A stretch of 63,964 nucleotides of DNA, filler included, from an uncultured Acidimicrobiia bacterium (GTDB taxonomy: Bacteria; Actinomycetota; Acidimicrobiia; Spongiisociales; JAOTWH01), in NCBI GenBank assembly GCA_964347285.1. It is 11 parts of 11 records of this genome, joined end to end, with 100 filler letters (N's around TTAATTAATTAA, not from the genome) between each part and the next. Parts side by side here need not be neighbours in the genome. Positions count along the whole stretch, not along the records: positions 30,805 to 36,632 come from CAYFYE010000129.1; positions 36,733 to 42,536 come from CAYFYE010000130.1; 9 more parts are not named here. One strand, written 5' to 3'. Of this stretch, positions 31,015 through 40,617 are shown in pieces. Below the pieces are notes generated by a model. It searched no databases. It was not told where the DNA came from and saw nothing but the letters and a program-made list of their open reading frames with translations. The translations under genes were made by a program, and so were the position numbers. Every line of letters starts with the position of its first letter. The stretch's first letter is position 1.

Positions 31015-32012
31015 TTGAATACGTGCGCCGCACCCGGGCCCTAAGGGTGGAGCAGGAGCGAGCCGACCTGTCGCCGGCCGCTACCCACAGCGCCGATTCC
31101 AAGGGTCGGGACCGGCCCGAGGAGCCCGACGCCTACCGGACCTGCTTCGAGGTCGACCGTGATCGCATTCTCCACTCGAAGGCCTTCCGCCGTCTGGCCT
31201 TCAAGACCCAGGTGTTCATCAACCCCGAGGGGGATCACTTCATTACCCGCCTCATCCACACCCTCAAGGTGGCCCGCATCGGGCGCACCATGGGCGCGGC
31301 GCTGGGCCTCAACGAAGCGCTCACCGAGGCAATCTGCCTGGGCCACGACGTCGGCCACCCCCCCTTCGGCCACACCGGTGAGGAGGCGCTCAGTCCCTAC
31401 ATGGACGGCGAATGGCTCCACTCCGGTCAAGCCCTGCGCATCTACGAGGTCCTCGAGCCCCTGAACCTGACGTGGGAGGTCCTCGACGGTCTCCGGGCCC
31501 ACTCGTGGAAGATCGACCCGCCCCCCTCCACCCCGGAAGGTGTCCTGTGCCGGTTTGCCGATCGTATCGCCTACCTCACCCACGACGTCAACGACGCCAT
31601 CCGCGCCGGCATTCTCACCGAGGTCGACCTGCCCAAGACGGCCCGGAAGATGTTCGGCGACGAACCCGCCCTGTGGAACGAGGCGATGATCTTCGCAGTC
31701 ATCGATCACACCTTCGCCGCCGGAGAGGTGGGCATGGAGCCCGAGGCGCTGCAAACCATGCTCGAGTTGCGCGATTTCATGTTCGAGCGCGTCTATCTCC
31801 GGCCCGAAGCCGAGGCCAATCGAAGGCGAGCGATCATGGTCATTCGGGACCTCGTCGACCACTACCTCGAGCATCCGGGCGAGATACCCGCCTCATACCG
31901 CCACGATGAGGCCGATCTCACCACGCAGGTCCTCGACTACGTGAGCGGCTTCACCGACCGTTTCGCATTGCGCACCCACGACCGGCTGTTTCGACCGGAG
32001 GGCATGGACTGA
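31011..32012 (+). CDS. dgt: dGTP triphosphohydrolase-like HD-domain protein
   Basis: DRDRILHSKAFRRL..KTQVF, TRLIHT, LGHDVGHPPFGHTGE, ADRIAY..HD, DYVSG.TD. Confidence 0.9.
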   Translation: MIEYVRRTRALRVEQERADLSPAATHSADSKGRDRPEEPDAYRTCFEVDRDRILHSKAFRRLAFKTQVFINPEGDHFITRLIHTLKVARIGRTMGAALGLNEALTEAICLGHDVGHPPFGHTGEEALSPYMDGEWLHSGQALRIYEVLEPLNLTWEVLDGLRAHSWKIDPPPSTPEGVLCRFADRIAYLTHDVNDAIRAGILTEVDLPKTARKMFGDEPALWNEAMIFAVIDHTFAAGEVGMEPEALQTMLELRDFMFERVYLRPEAEANRRRAIMVIRDLVDHYLEHPGEIPASYRHDEADLTTQVLDYVSGFTDRFALRTHDRLFRPEGMD

Positions 32013-32053
32013 GCGGGTGCGACGACCCTGATCGGGCCGGGGCCCGGTAACCA

Positions 32054-32713
32054 TCAGCCGTCGCCTCCCGCCTCCCACAGTGGCGCCGGGATGCTCCACT
32101 CCGGCTCCCGGCCCCACCAGTCCACATACGTCACTTCGTGGGCCGGCCGTCGCCGGGCCACGCCCCACCGGCCTCGCGGATACCCGCAGGGGATCGCCGC
32201 CCGCAGCTCCCATCCTCGGTCGGTCGGGGCTCCGATGAGCTCGAATACTTCCGGCGACCGAAAGACTCCGAGGATCGTGGTGAGCGTCGTTCCCACTCCC
32301 CGACCGCGGGCCGACAGCATGAAGCTCCATACGGCCGGATAGATCGAGGCCCCCGAGGGATCGTTGCGATCGAAGAACAGGGCCACCAGCGGAGCCTCAC
32401 CGAAGTGCCCGCCGAGCCAGTCCGACGAGCCGATGATCCGTTGCATCTGGTCGTCTTGGTGGGCTATCGCTCGCTCCCGGGCTCCGGCGTATACCGTGTC
32501 GTGCAGCAGCCGGTAGGCCTCGGCGTAGAGCTCACCGAGTCGGCGGCGCTGGTTCCGATCGGAAACCAGCACGAGGCGCCACTGCTGCATGTTGCTCCCC
32601 GAAGGAGCCCGCACCGCCGCATCGACCATGCGCTTGACGATGTCCTCCGGGATCGGATCGGGCCTCACCCGGCGCATGGCGCGGGTGGTGTAGAGGGCTT
32701 CGTAGAGATCCAT
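32054..32713 (-). CDS. nitroreductase family protein
   Basis: TTRAMRR, APSGSN.Q.W, SIYPAVWSFMLSAR.RGVGT. Confidence 0.9.
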   Translation of the reverse strand: MDLYEALYTTRAMRRVRPDPIPEDIVKRMVDAAVRAPSGSNMQQWRLVLVSDRNQRRRLGELYAEAYRLLHDTVYAGARERAIAHQDDQMQRIIGSSDWLGGHFGEAPLVALFFDRNDPSGASIYPAVWSFMLSARGRGVGTTLTTILGVFRSPEVFELIGAPTDRGWELRAAIPCGYPRGRWGVARRRPAHEVTYVDWWGREPEWSIPAPLWEAGGDG

Positions 32714-32805
32714 GGCCGCAGGCTACGTCCCCGGCCGGGATCCCCGGGATCGGACCGGCCGTCGACGACGTCCGCTGATAACCTCCGCCCGAACTCAGCA
32801 GGTTC

Positions 32806-33023
32806 ATGAGCGACTACATCCAGCAGGGCGCGGTCAAGGTCATCGAGGTGATCGGCGTGTCCCCCGACAGCTTCGAAGATGCCGTCTCCCAGGCAGTGGC
32901 CAAGGCCAGCGAGACCGTCGAGGGTATCACGGCGTCGAGGTCATCTCCCAGACGGCCAAGGTCGACGATGGCAAGGTGACCCAATTCCACGCCACCTGCA
33001 AGCTGGCGTTTGCGGTGAAGTGA
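32806..33023 (+). pseudogene. dodecin family protein with a 1-nt frameshift at about 32929
   Basis: MSDYIQQGAVKVIEVIGVSPDSFEDAVSQAVAKASETVEGI, then GVEVISQTAKVDDGKVTQFHATCKLAFAVK in another frame; 218 nt total. Confidence 0.8.
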
Positions 33024-33116
33024 CGGCTGCGTAGGTCGTGGCCTCGATCGTTGGGGGTCGGCACCTTCCTGGCCCCATACGGAGTCAGCGCCGAAGAACC
33101 CCATTCCGAGAGGCTT

Positions 33117-33829
33117 TGTACGGCTAGCGCCAGGCTTTCACACCTGCGTCGCGACCTCGGCCTCGTGCTTGCGGTGCCACTTGCCATCACCGCGTGTTCC
33201 GACGGCACCACACCGGACGAGGCCGAGGGTGCCGTGATCAGCGGGCGGGCACAGCTAGAGGGCGTAGACCTGGATGTGGAGTGGATGGGAGCGCGGGTTC
33301 GCCATGAGGGGCTGGTCACGCCGTGCCAGCAGAGTCTGCCTCCGATCGAGGGCGGGGGTTCGAGATCGGTGTGTTCGCCGAGAGCGAGGTGGCTGCCGGT
33401 TGCGATCGACCCGGTGCCGAGATCCTGCTGTAGACCCATATCGGCGAGCGGATGCCGTACGCGACCTCGGCCATTCCCTGGCCGATGGACGCCGCACCTT
33501 CGGTGAAGATCGACTTCTCGACCTCAGAGCCCCTCGGTGCCGCTCTGCGGACTACCGATTTCTCAGACGAGGTCCGCTTCACGAACGGTGAGCGCGTTCC
33601 GGTCGGATCTCTCGTCGAGGCCTACGTCGATGACGCCCTGTGCGAGATGGCATCGATCAGGTCGGGAGGGTTCACCGGCTACATCAGCGTGGTGGGCCCG
33701 GACTCTCGGCCGGAGTGTCACGAAGGGGGGACGATCACGTTCCTGGTCGCCGGGACGCCGGCCGTCGAAACCAAGATCAACTCCCCCGAGGAGTCGACCC
33801 ACCTCGATCTCACGGCTGCATCGTCGTAA
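33117..33829 (+). pseudogene. degraded lipoprotein gene (frameshift at G-run about 33355; TAG at 33431-33433)
   Basis: lipobox-like LAITAC; frame change at gggcgggggtt; continues FEIGVF...ILL*THIGERMPY...; 5' end approximate. Confidence 0.55.
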
Positions 33830-34033
33830 CTACTGCTCGACAACGGAGCGCCGGCCTCAGAACGGAGTCGGCCGCCGTGACCGCGACGTCGACCGGCGGC
33901 AGTTCGTCTCGCCGACGGCCCGCTTGACGATCCGGCCGAGCTCCTCGACCTGACCGGCGTGTTCCGAAACGCACCGTCACCGTCGAGGAGAGGAACCATG
34001 GCAGCGCCATCCGGTCCGGCGTAGCCTGACCAC

Positions 34034-34432
34034 ATGACCGAGCACAGCGAAACCCGCCCACAACCACTGTTGCGAAGAAGTCGAGCCGACAAAGTCATCG
34101 CCGGCGTGGCCGGCGGGCTCGCTCAGTACTTCGGCATCGATCCGGTGCTGCTGCGGATCGCTTTCGTCCTTCTCGCTTTTGCCGGGCCCGGAGTGATCCT
34201 GTACATCATCGCCTGGATCGTGATGCCGCTCGAGCCCGAGGGCGCCGAGCCGCCTCCGCCCCGCTCGCCGCACGCCGCCAATGCGGTGCGGCTGCTCATC
34301 GGAGGCATCCTCGTCGCCTTGGGGGGCCTGGCGCTCATCAACGAGTTCGTTCCGTGGTTCAACAAGATCGTGTGGCCGGCGGTGATCATCCTCATCGGCG
34401 TGGCGGTGATCGCCTACGGGGCGCGACGATGA
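34034..34432 (+). CDS. pspC: PspC domain protein
   Basis: LRRSRADKVIAGVAGGLAQYFGIDPVLLRIAFV...YIIAWIVMP plus two extra TM segments. Confidence 0.92.
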   Translation: MTEHSETRPQPLLRRSRADKVIAGVAGGLAQYFGIDPVLLRIAFVLLAFAGPGVILYIIAWIVMPLEPEGAEPPPPRSPHAANAVRLLIGGILVALGGLALINEFVPWFNKIVWPAVIILIGVAVIAYGARR

Positions 34433-35085
34433 CCACTGAGCCGTCCCAGATCGAGCCCGTCTCCGAAGAGGGCCCGCAGGGCTCTCCCCTGGGGCGCATC
34501 GTCCTGGGTGTGGTGCTGGTCCTGGTGGGTCTGGGGTGGCTCCTGGAGACGGTCGGGGCGGTGGACATACCGTGGCGGGCGGTGCTGCCGATCGCCCTCA
34601 TGGGGGTGGGGGCCGTTCTCATCCCCCTGTCGTGGACGGGCGGTCACGGCGGGCTGATCACTCTCGGCGTGATCATCACCATCGTGCTCAGCCTGGGAGC
34701 CACCGTCGATGCCTTCGAGGACGCTCCCCTCAGCGGTGGTTTCGGGGACCGGACCGAGCGACCGGCCCGGCTCGTCGATCTCGACGATCCCATTCGGCTC
34801 GCCGCAGGCGATTTGACCGTCGACCTGCGCGACGTCGACTTCCCTGAGGGAACTACTTCGGTCGAAGCCAGCGTCGGGATCGGACAGCTGACGGTGGTCG
34901 TGCCCGCGGGTGTGGCCGTCGATGTGCGGGCCAAAGTGACGGTCGGCGAACTGGTGGTGCTGGGACGCCAGGAGGGGTCGGGCATCGACATCGATGAGGC
35001 CGTCGTCGACCGCTCTTCATCGGCCACGAGGCGCGTCGATCTGGGCGCGGCCGTCGGATTCGGAAGGATCGAGGTGCGGAGATGA
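34429..35085 (+). CDS. LiaF-like cell-envelope stress protein (TM region plus DUF2154-type beta domain)
   Basis: ATGA overlap; three TM segments; GDLTVDLR...VGIGQLTVVVP...G.IEV. Confidence 0.8.
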   Translation: MTTEPSQIEPVSEEGPQGSPLGRIVLGVVLVLVGLGWLLETVGAVDIPWRAVLPIALMGVGAVLIPLSWTGGHGGLITLGVIITIVLSLGATVDAFEDAPLSGGFGDRTERPARLVDLDDPIRLAAGDLTVDLRDVDFPEGTTSVEASVGIGQLTVVVPAGVAVDVRAKVTVGELVVLGRQEGSGIDIDEAVVDRSSSATRRVDLGAAVGFGRIEVRR

Positions 35086-35270
35086 ACGAATCGATGCCGC
35101 GGCCCGGCACACTGGCCATGGGAGTGTTCTTCGTGTTGGCCGGCTTCGCCTTCCTGGGCGAGGCCCTGGAGTGGTGGAACCTGCGGTTTCGTCATGTATG
35201 GCCGCTCCTGCTCATCGGCTTCGGGGTGAGCATCCTCCTGAGCGGAATGGGCCCGCGCCGAGAGGAGTAG
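35082..35270 (+). CDS. small LiaI/LiaF-TM-like membrane protein
   Basis: 62 aa; ATGA overlap; WPLLLIGFG motif. Confidence 0.75.
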   Translation: MNESMPRPGTLAMGVFFVLAGFAFLGEALEWWNLRFRHVWPLLLIGFGVSILLSGMGPRREE

Positions 35271-35458
35271 CCGCCGCCCCGGAGCGATCCCACGCCCGCA
35301 GTACCGTTGGGACGCGGGGCGCCCCGGCTGTTCCCGCCAACCAGGTCTCGGGCCTGCATCGTCGCCGGGTGACGACGAGGGGAGCCGTAGAGGGCACGGG
35401 CGGACGGGCCACTCGGAGGCCCGGCGTTCGCCGGGCCGGGGGCCGGGGCGGTCAGAGG

Positions 35459-36484
35459 TCACCGACCGCCTGTCGGCCGTGGCTCGGCTGAGGCCGAGGA
35501 CACCGGCCGACAGGTCCATCGTCCCCAGGCACCGCCCGGATGCCCGGTCTCGATCGAGAACCGGACCAGCCAGGCGGCGGCGGCGATGTTGGCCTCGGGG
35601 TCGTAACGGCTGGCCCCGGCGAAGCCTGCCGCCGGTGCGGCGACCTCCCAGGTGCCGGTCATGAACTGAAAGAGCCCGGCGGCGTCCGAGAGGGGGTGCG
35701 TGGCCCCGGGATTGCCCCTGCTCTCACACGCCATCACCTCGAGGGCCTGCTCGACCCGGTCCTGTGGGAAATAGTGACCCACCAGGTTCCTCCACCGCTC
35801 CACCCCGGGGCCGCCCAGCCGCCGGAGCCGGATCGCCTCCTCGAGCAGGGTGTAGACCTTCTGGTAGTCGGCATCGGCCTCCTCGACTCGCGTGTGGGCG
35901 GCCATGGCCTCGTCGCTCGCCCGAGAGAACAGGATGTCGAGCTCGTCGACGAGGGTGTCCACCGCCGCCGCTTTGGCCCGAAGCCCTTCCTCCCCCGCCT
36001 CGTACTGGGCCCGGAACAGCTCGATCTCTCCCCTGAGCTCATCGAGACGGGCCGCCCGCTCCAGGTCCCTGCGTCGCACGTCATCGAGGACTCGCTGCGA
36101 TGTGGCCAGCTGGTGCAAACCGTCGGCGTAGAACAGGGCATCGAGGAGACCGGTCCCGCCCGCAATGTAGGCGGCCACGGCCCGCTCCTCGGCCAGGTTC
36201 CGGAGCTCCCGCAGCTCGCTCTCGTAACCTTCCAGCTCCGTCCGAAGCTCGGCCTGTTCGAAGGCCAGCCCCTCGAGCTCGAGGGTCACCTCCCCGAAGG
36301 CGGCGACGGCTCGGGTCAGGTCGGCCAGCACCGCCTCTCGACGAACCTCGGCGGCATCGAGCAACCGGGTGGCCTCCTCGAGCTCCTGCTGAGCTTCATC
36401 GACCTCGCGCTGCAATTGGCCCAGGGCGCCCCCGTTCGACACCGCGGCAACCAGCACGAGGATCAGCACGGCCAGCGATCGCAT
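35459..36484 (-). CDS. coiled-coil protein with C-terminal lytic transglycosylase (SLT) domain
   Basis: signal peptide; long coiled coil; VMACESRGNP.A...AAGLFQFM..TW...YDPEANI.AA. Confidence 0.85.
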   Translation of the reverse strand: MRSLAVLILVLVAAVSNGGALGQLQREVDEAQQELEEATRLLDAAEVRREAVLADLTRAVAAFGEVTLELEGLAFEQAELRTELEGYESELRELRNLAEERAVAAYIAGGTGLLDALFYADGLHQLATSQRVLDDVRRRDLERAARLDELRGEIELFRAQYEAGEEGLRAKAAAVDTLVDELDILFSRASDEAMAAHTRVEEADADYQKVYTLLEEAIRLRRLGGPGVERWRNLVGHYFPQDRVEQALEVMACESRGNPGATHPLSDAAGLFQFMTGTWEVAAPAAGFAGASRYDPEANIAAAAWLVRFSIETGHPGGAWGRWTCRPVSSASAEPRPTGGR

Positions 36485-36732
36485 CACCTCGGGATGGTGG
36501 CCACGCCCCCGGCGGCTTACAAGGACCGCCGGCCCCCGCCGTCCCGTCACCACTCGTTGTGGTCAAGCGCCGTATGCCGGTCCCGATACAACCGCAATGG
36601 GTAGGGTGCTGGTCCTCGCATCCGTTCTGGCANNNNNNNNNNNNNNNNNNNNNNNNNNNNNNNNNNNNNNNNNNNNTTAATTAATTAANNNNNNNNNNNN
36701 NNNNNNNNNNNNNNNNNNNNNNNNNNNNNNNN

Positions 36733-36980
36733 GCCGCCTCGACCTCGAGGAACGGGTCGGCGGGGGTGTAGGTGGATTCGCGTGAGAAATCCAGGTTCAG
36801 GCCGGTGGATTCCTCGCCGCCCCCTCGCCACTGCCAAACGGCGACAACGGCGGCGGCAGCTGCCAGTACGGCGGCGATGCCGATCCATCCGTTGATCCCG
36901 ATGCGGCGGCGGGGCAGGGCCTCGGCCGGCTCGGCCCGACGCTCCACCTCGGTTCGACGAGCCTCGTGGAGGGTCTTCAT
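36733..36980 (-). CDS. membrane-anchored hypothetical protein (3'-partial)
   Basis: strong RBS aaggaggtgg; one TM segment. Confidence 0.6.
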
Positions 36981-37369
36981 GATCTCCACCTCCTTTCGGT
37001 GCGGGGGAGGCCTTCTCCGACCCGCACCCGCATCGTCCCCGACGTGCCTCCAGACCTGCTTCATATCGGCTCCATGCCCCATGGAGCTTCCCGGAGGTCT
37101 CCCGGAGCGTGGCCGGCGCTCCTAGATCTCTCACCCGAAGGACGCACGGGGACCGCAAAACGTGACAGTCCCCTGGCACTCCGGTGAACAGGGCTGGAAA
37201 CGAGCTCGATGGGGTCGTTGGCACGGGTCACGGGCCCCCTCTACTCAGTACATGTCCCGGTCCCGGCCCGACTCAGCCCAACTCCTCTACTGGCTCCCTC
37301 CCTGAGTGACCGAGCGGCTACCGGGACCGGTGGACGGGGATGGGGGTGCGTATGGTGGAGGGTGAGCCC

Positions 37370-37555
37370 ATGGAGATCCGGATTCTCGGCCCACTCGAGG
37401 TGGTGGCCGACGACCAGGTGGTGCCGATCGGTCCCCCCCAACAGGAAGCAGTACTGGCGGTACTGGCCCTGTCCCCCGGCGAGGTGGTCTCCACCGATCG
37501 CATCGTTTCCCTGATCTGGGGCGACGCCCGGGGAAAGGTCATCATCACCGTCTGA
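37370..37555 (+). pseudogene. chimeric remnant: SARP/AfsR-type regulator N-terminus fused to the last 9 codons of an MDR oxidoreductase
   Basis: MEIRILGPLEV...LAVLALSPGEVVSTDRIVSLIWGD then ARGKVIITV*, matching the ARGKVAITV* end of the next gene. Confidence 0.8.
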
Positions 37556-37575
37556 GCCGCGCCGAGGAGGGCATC

Positions 37576-38565
37576 ATGAAGGCGATCGTCCAAGACGAGT
37601 ACGGGCCACCCGATGACGTCCTGGAATTCCGAGATATTCCCAAGCCCGCGGTCGCCGACGATGAGGTGCTGGTTCGGGTTCGTGCCACTGCCGTGGCGGG
37701 CGATGATTGGCACCTCATGCGAGGCCTGCCCTACCTCGCCCGCCTGGCTATGGGACTACGCAAGCCGAAGCACCGTGTTCCGGGACGCGATGTGGCCGGG
37801 CAGATCGAGACGGTCGGTACGAAGGCAGCGCAGTTCCGAGCGGGCGATGAGGTCTTCGGCTGGTGCGACGGTGCCTTTGCCGAGTACGCCTCTGCTCCCG
37901 AAGACAATCTGGTGCTCAAGCCGGCCAACCTGACGTTCGAGCAAGCCGCAGTCGTGCCCATCTCGGGTTTCACCGCCCTCCAGGCCGTCCGCGACAAGGG
38001 ACGGATCCGGCCGAGACACAAGGTCTTGGTCCTCGGTGCGTCGGGAGGCGTGGGTACGTTCGCCGTCCAGATCGCCAAGTCGTTCGGAGCGGACGTGACC
38101 GGCGTGTGCAGCACACCGAACGTGGACATGGTCCGATCGATCGGCGCCGACCAGGTCATCGATTACACCCAGGAGGACTTCACCAAGAGCGGGCAGCGCT
38201 ACGACCTGATCGTCGACTTCGTTGGGAACCGTTCGTTGTCAGACCTGAGGGGCGCTCTCACGCCAAAAGGGACCCTCGTCATGGTCGGATCGTCCGGTAG
38301 TGGATCGCTCACGGGCATGGATCGTTGGTTCAAAGGCACCGATCGTTTCCTCAGAGGTCTCGTGATGTCACCGTTCGTGAGTCAGAGGCTGCGCCCGTTG
38401 ATCCATTCGGACCGCAGGGAGGACCTGCTGGCCCTGAGGGAGCTCCTCGAAGCCGGCGAGCTCACGCCGGTCATCAGCGCCCGCTACCCGTTGAGCGAGG
38501 TCGCCGAGGCGATCCGGCACTTCGAAGAGGGACACGCTCGGGGAAAAGTCGCCATCACCGTCTGA
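37576..38565 (+). CDS. NAD(P)-dependent MDR-family oxidoreductase (quinone-reductase-like)
   Basis: MKAIVQDEYG, G.DVAG, GAFAEY, GASGGVGTFAVQIAK, GHARGKV. Confidence 0.92.
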   Translation: MKAIVQDEYGPPDDVLEFRDIPKPAVADDEVLVRVRATAVAGDDWHLMRGLPYLARLAMGLRKPKHRVPGRDVAGQIETVGTKAAQFRAGDEVFGWCDGAFAEYASAPEDNLVLKPANLTFEQAAVVPISGFTALQAVRDKGRIRPRHKVLVLGASGGVGTFAVQIAKSFGADVTGVCSTPNVDMVRSIGADQVIDYTQEDFTKSGQRYDLIVDFVGNRSLSDLRGALTPKGTLVMVGSSGSGSLTGMDRWFKGTDRFLRGLVMSPFVSQRLRPLIHSDRREDLLALRELLEAGELTPVISARYPLSEVAEAIRHFEEGHARGKVAITV

Positions 38566-38666
38566 GGTCCGCCTCCGCTCGAATCTCGGGATCTCGGCGC
38601 CGCCAGGAAAGCAGTCCATCGATCTGGGGTGGGAACGAACCGGTTCGGAGCCGTTGCCCGGCCGGC

Positions 38667-39671
38667 TCAGCCCCCCAGGGCGCGACGGGCCGCGTTCCAG
38701 TAGGCCCCGATCCGGGCCACGAATTCATTTGGGTCCTCGGCGTAGAGGGCCCAGCCGAGCGGGCGGGCTTCATATTGCAGCTCCAGCCGGGTGCGGTGGA
38801 TCAGTGCCAGCAGCAGAGTGCGCTCGCGTTGGTCGGCGGTGGCCCGGTCGTCGGTGCGGACTATCTCGCTCAGCACGGCGAGATCATGGTCGGCACCGAG
38901 GAGCTCGCCCAGCTCGTCGAGCCGGGCGGCGTGAGCGCTCAACAGCTCGGGCCAAATCGGCTCGAGCGCCTCGAGCTGGTAGCGCAGGTACTTGACGCGC
39001 TTGCGCCACTCATGGAACGACTCCACAGTGCCGTCTTCGTAGGCGCGGCCCATGGCGTTCCGGCCCCGGGCGTAGACGCGTCGCAGGCCCCGGGACATGG
39101 CGTCGAAGTCGTCGGGGATGCCTCGAGCCGCCAGCTTGGTCGGCGGCTTGGCGCCGGGCTCGATTTGCCAGTTCGCGTAGCGGGCGCGTGCCGTCTTCAA
39201 CGTGACGATCACGTCCGTGATGAGCTGGTCGTCCTCGATCACCGAAAGGCGCGAGGCCTCGTGGCGCTCCTTCAGGTACTGGCGGGTGACCGTAAACGCC
39301 TCGGGACGCAGGACCCGCTTGTACTCCTTGCGTAGGCGGTCGAGCGTCGCCAGCATCACGAATCCCTCCCGGGCCGGAGCGAGCCGCCGGGCGGTGTCGC
39401 GCAGGACGATATTCTCGGACCGGTAGGCCTTGTTCCCGACCTCGTCGCGTACCAGCCGCAGCATCCCCCGCAGCCGCTTCATCGCTTTGCGGGCCGTGTG
39501 CACCGCGTCGTCCCGGTCGTGATTCGGATCGGCGAGCAGGCGCGTGATGCGGTCGAACTGGCCCGTCGCCACTCGGCGCAGCGCGTCGGGGAGCGGCTCG
39601 TCGCTGTGGAGGCGGCGGTCCGACGGCTTGTGTGCAGGTGCCGCGCTGGGGCGGGTGGCCGGAACGGTCAT
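38667..39671 (-). CDS. CHAD domain protein (polyphosphate-binding family)
   Basis: VHTARKAMKRLR, FHEWRKRVKYLRYQLE, LGELLG.DHD. Confidence 0.9.
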   Translation of the reverse strand: MTVPATRPSAAPAHKPSDRRLHSDEPLPDALRRVATGQFDRITRLLADPNHDRDDAVHTARKAMKRLRGMLRLVRDEVGNKAYRSENIVLRDTARRLAPAREGFVMLATLDRLRKEYKRVLRPEAFTVTRQYLKERHEASRLSVIEDDQLITDVIVTLKTARARYANWQIEPGAKPPTKLAARGIPDDFDAMSRGLRRVYARGRNAMGRAYEDGTVESFHEWRKRVKYLRYQLEALEPIWPELLSAHAARLDELGELLGADHDLAVLSEIVRTDDRATADQRERTLLLALIHRTRLELQYEARPLGWALYAEDPNEFVARIGAYWNAARRALGG

Positions 39672-39755
39672 CGAAGCGCCAGCTTACGCGGTCAACGCCG
39701 GGGCGGGTGACGCTTTCCTCCACGCGATGATGGGGTCGCAACCGAGGGACCGCCG

Positions 39756-39924
39756 TGGAGGTGACGGGATTCGAACCCGTGGCCTCTTGCGTGCGAGGGA
39801 GCGAGGGCCGGTTTCTGGACCAGGGAGTTGTCGCTCAGCAACGCCCTGACAAGGGGTTTTCCTTCCCGGCGGTTCCCACCCGATCCCCCGTTATTCCGCC
39901 CTTCTGTGGGGTTGGTGTGGGGTT
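39756..39924 (-). mobile_element. att-like scar: 3' part of tRNA-Ala(CGC) (39756-39797) plus paired arm-type direct repeats (39905-39924)
   Basis: reverse complement CTCGCAC-GCAAG-AGGCC-ACGGG-TTCGAAT-CCCGT-CACCTCCA; tRNA similarity stops at the anticodon loop; tgtggggtt twice at 11-bp spacing. Confidence 0.7.
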
Positions 39925-39946
39925 GAGGAACGCTTCGAGCGACGGT

Positions 39947-40110
39947 CGGTGTGGCGGTAGTCGGGAAGGTCGATTCTCTATGGGTTGCCCGGCGCCCCAT
40001 CGATCTTTGAAGTTGCCGATGCTGGCCTGATCTACATCGGAGGCTGCGTCATCGATGACCGCTCCCCGAACTGGTGGTGTCCCTCCTGCGAAGAGGGCTT
40101 CCATGGGCCC
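39947..40110 (+). pseudogene. remnant of a small zinc-ribbon-type protein
   Basis: ILYGLP...GLIYIGGCVIDDRSPNWWCPSC preceded by an in-frame TAG (39958-39960); boundaries approximate. Confidence 0.4.
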
Positions 40111-40617
40111 GATGCCCATGCAGCCATTGGCCGCGCTCGGAGGCGTGACGCCCTAGACGGGATTCCCACCGAGCGACGATCAGCTTCTTCGGTCGCGATG
40201 GGCGTAGGTAGCGGCCCGGATCGCATCAGATCGGTGGAGATTTCTGCAATCGAGCCAGGGATGTCTCCGGTGAACGTCGTGAACCCTATGAACCTTTTCC
40301 TGATCCTTGGGGGAATCCACGTAGCTGTGTGCCGTAGAGCACAAAGGGAGCCGAAACAAACCTACGGCGAAGGGATCGGTTGATCCGGCACGGATACCAT
40401 CACTTCGCTGAGTGCCACGGACGACAATTGCAGCGGTTACGGCGCCCCATGCCACCCCTACCGCTACCACGAGTCGATAGCTTCGACCGTGCCGTGCCAC
40501 GCATCGGTGGTGGGGGTCTCACGGGTGGCGCCCCCTTGCCCCGGCGAACCGTCAGTGTACGCGGAGCGCGACGCGTCCGGAAGCGCCGAAACAGACCGCC
40601 ATCGCCGGTCGTGGCCG

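Noticed and set aside
31011..32012. dGTPase as an antiphage defence gene
   Set aside because: Short housekeeping-type dgt coupled to an ABC permease, with no defence-island context.
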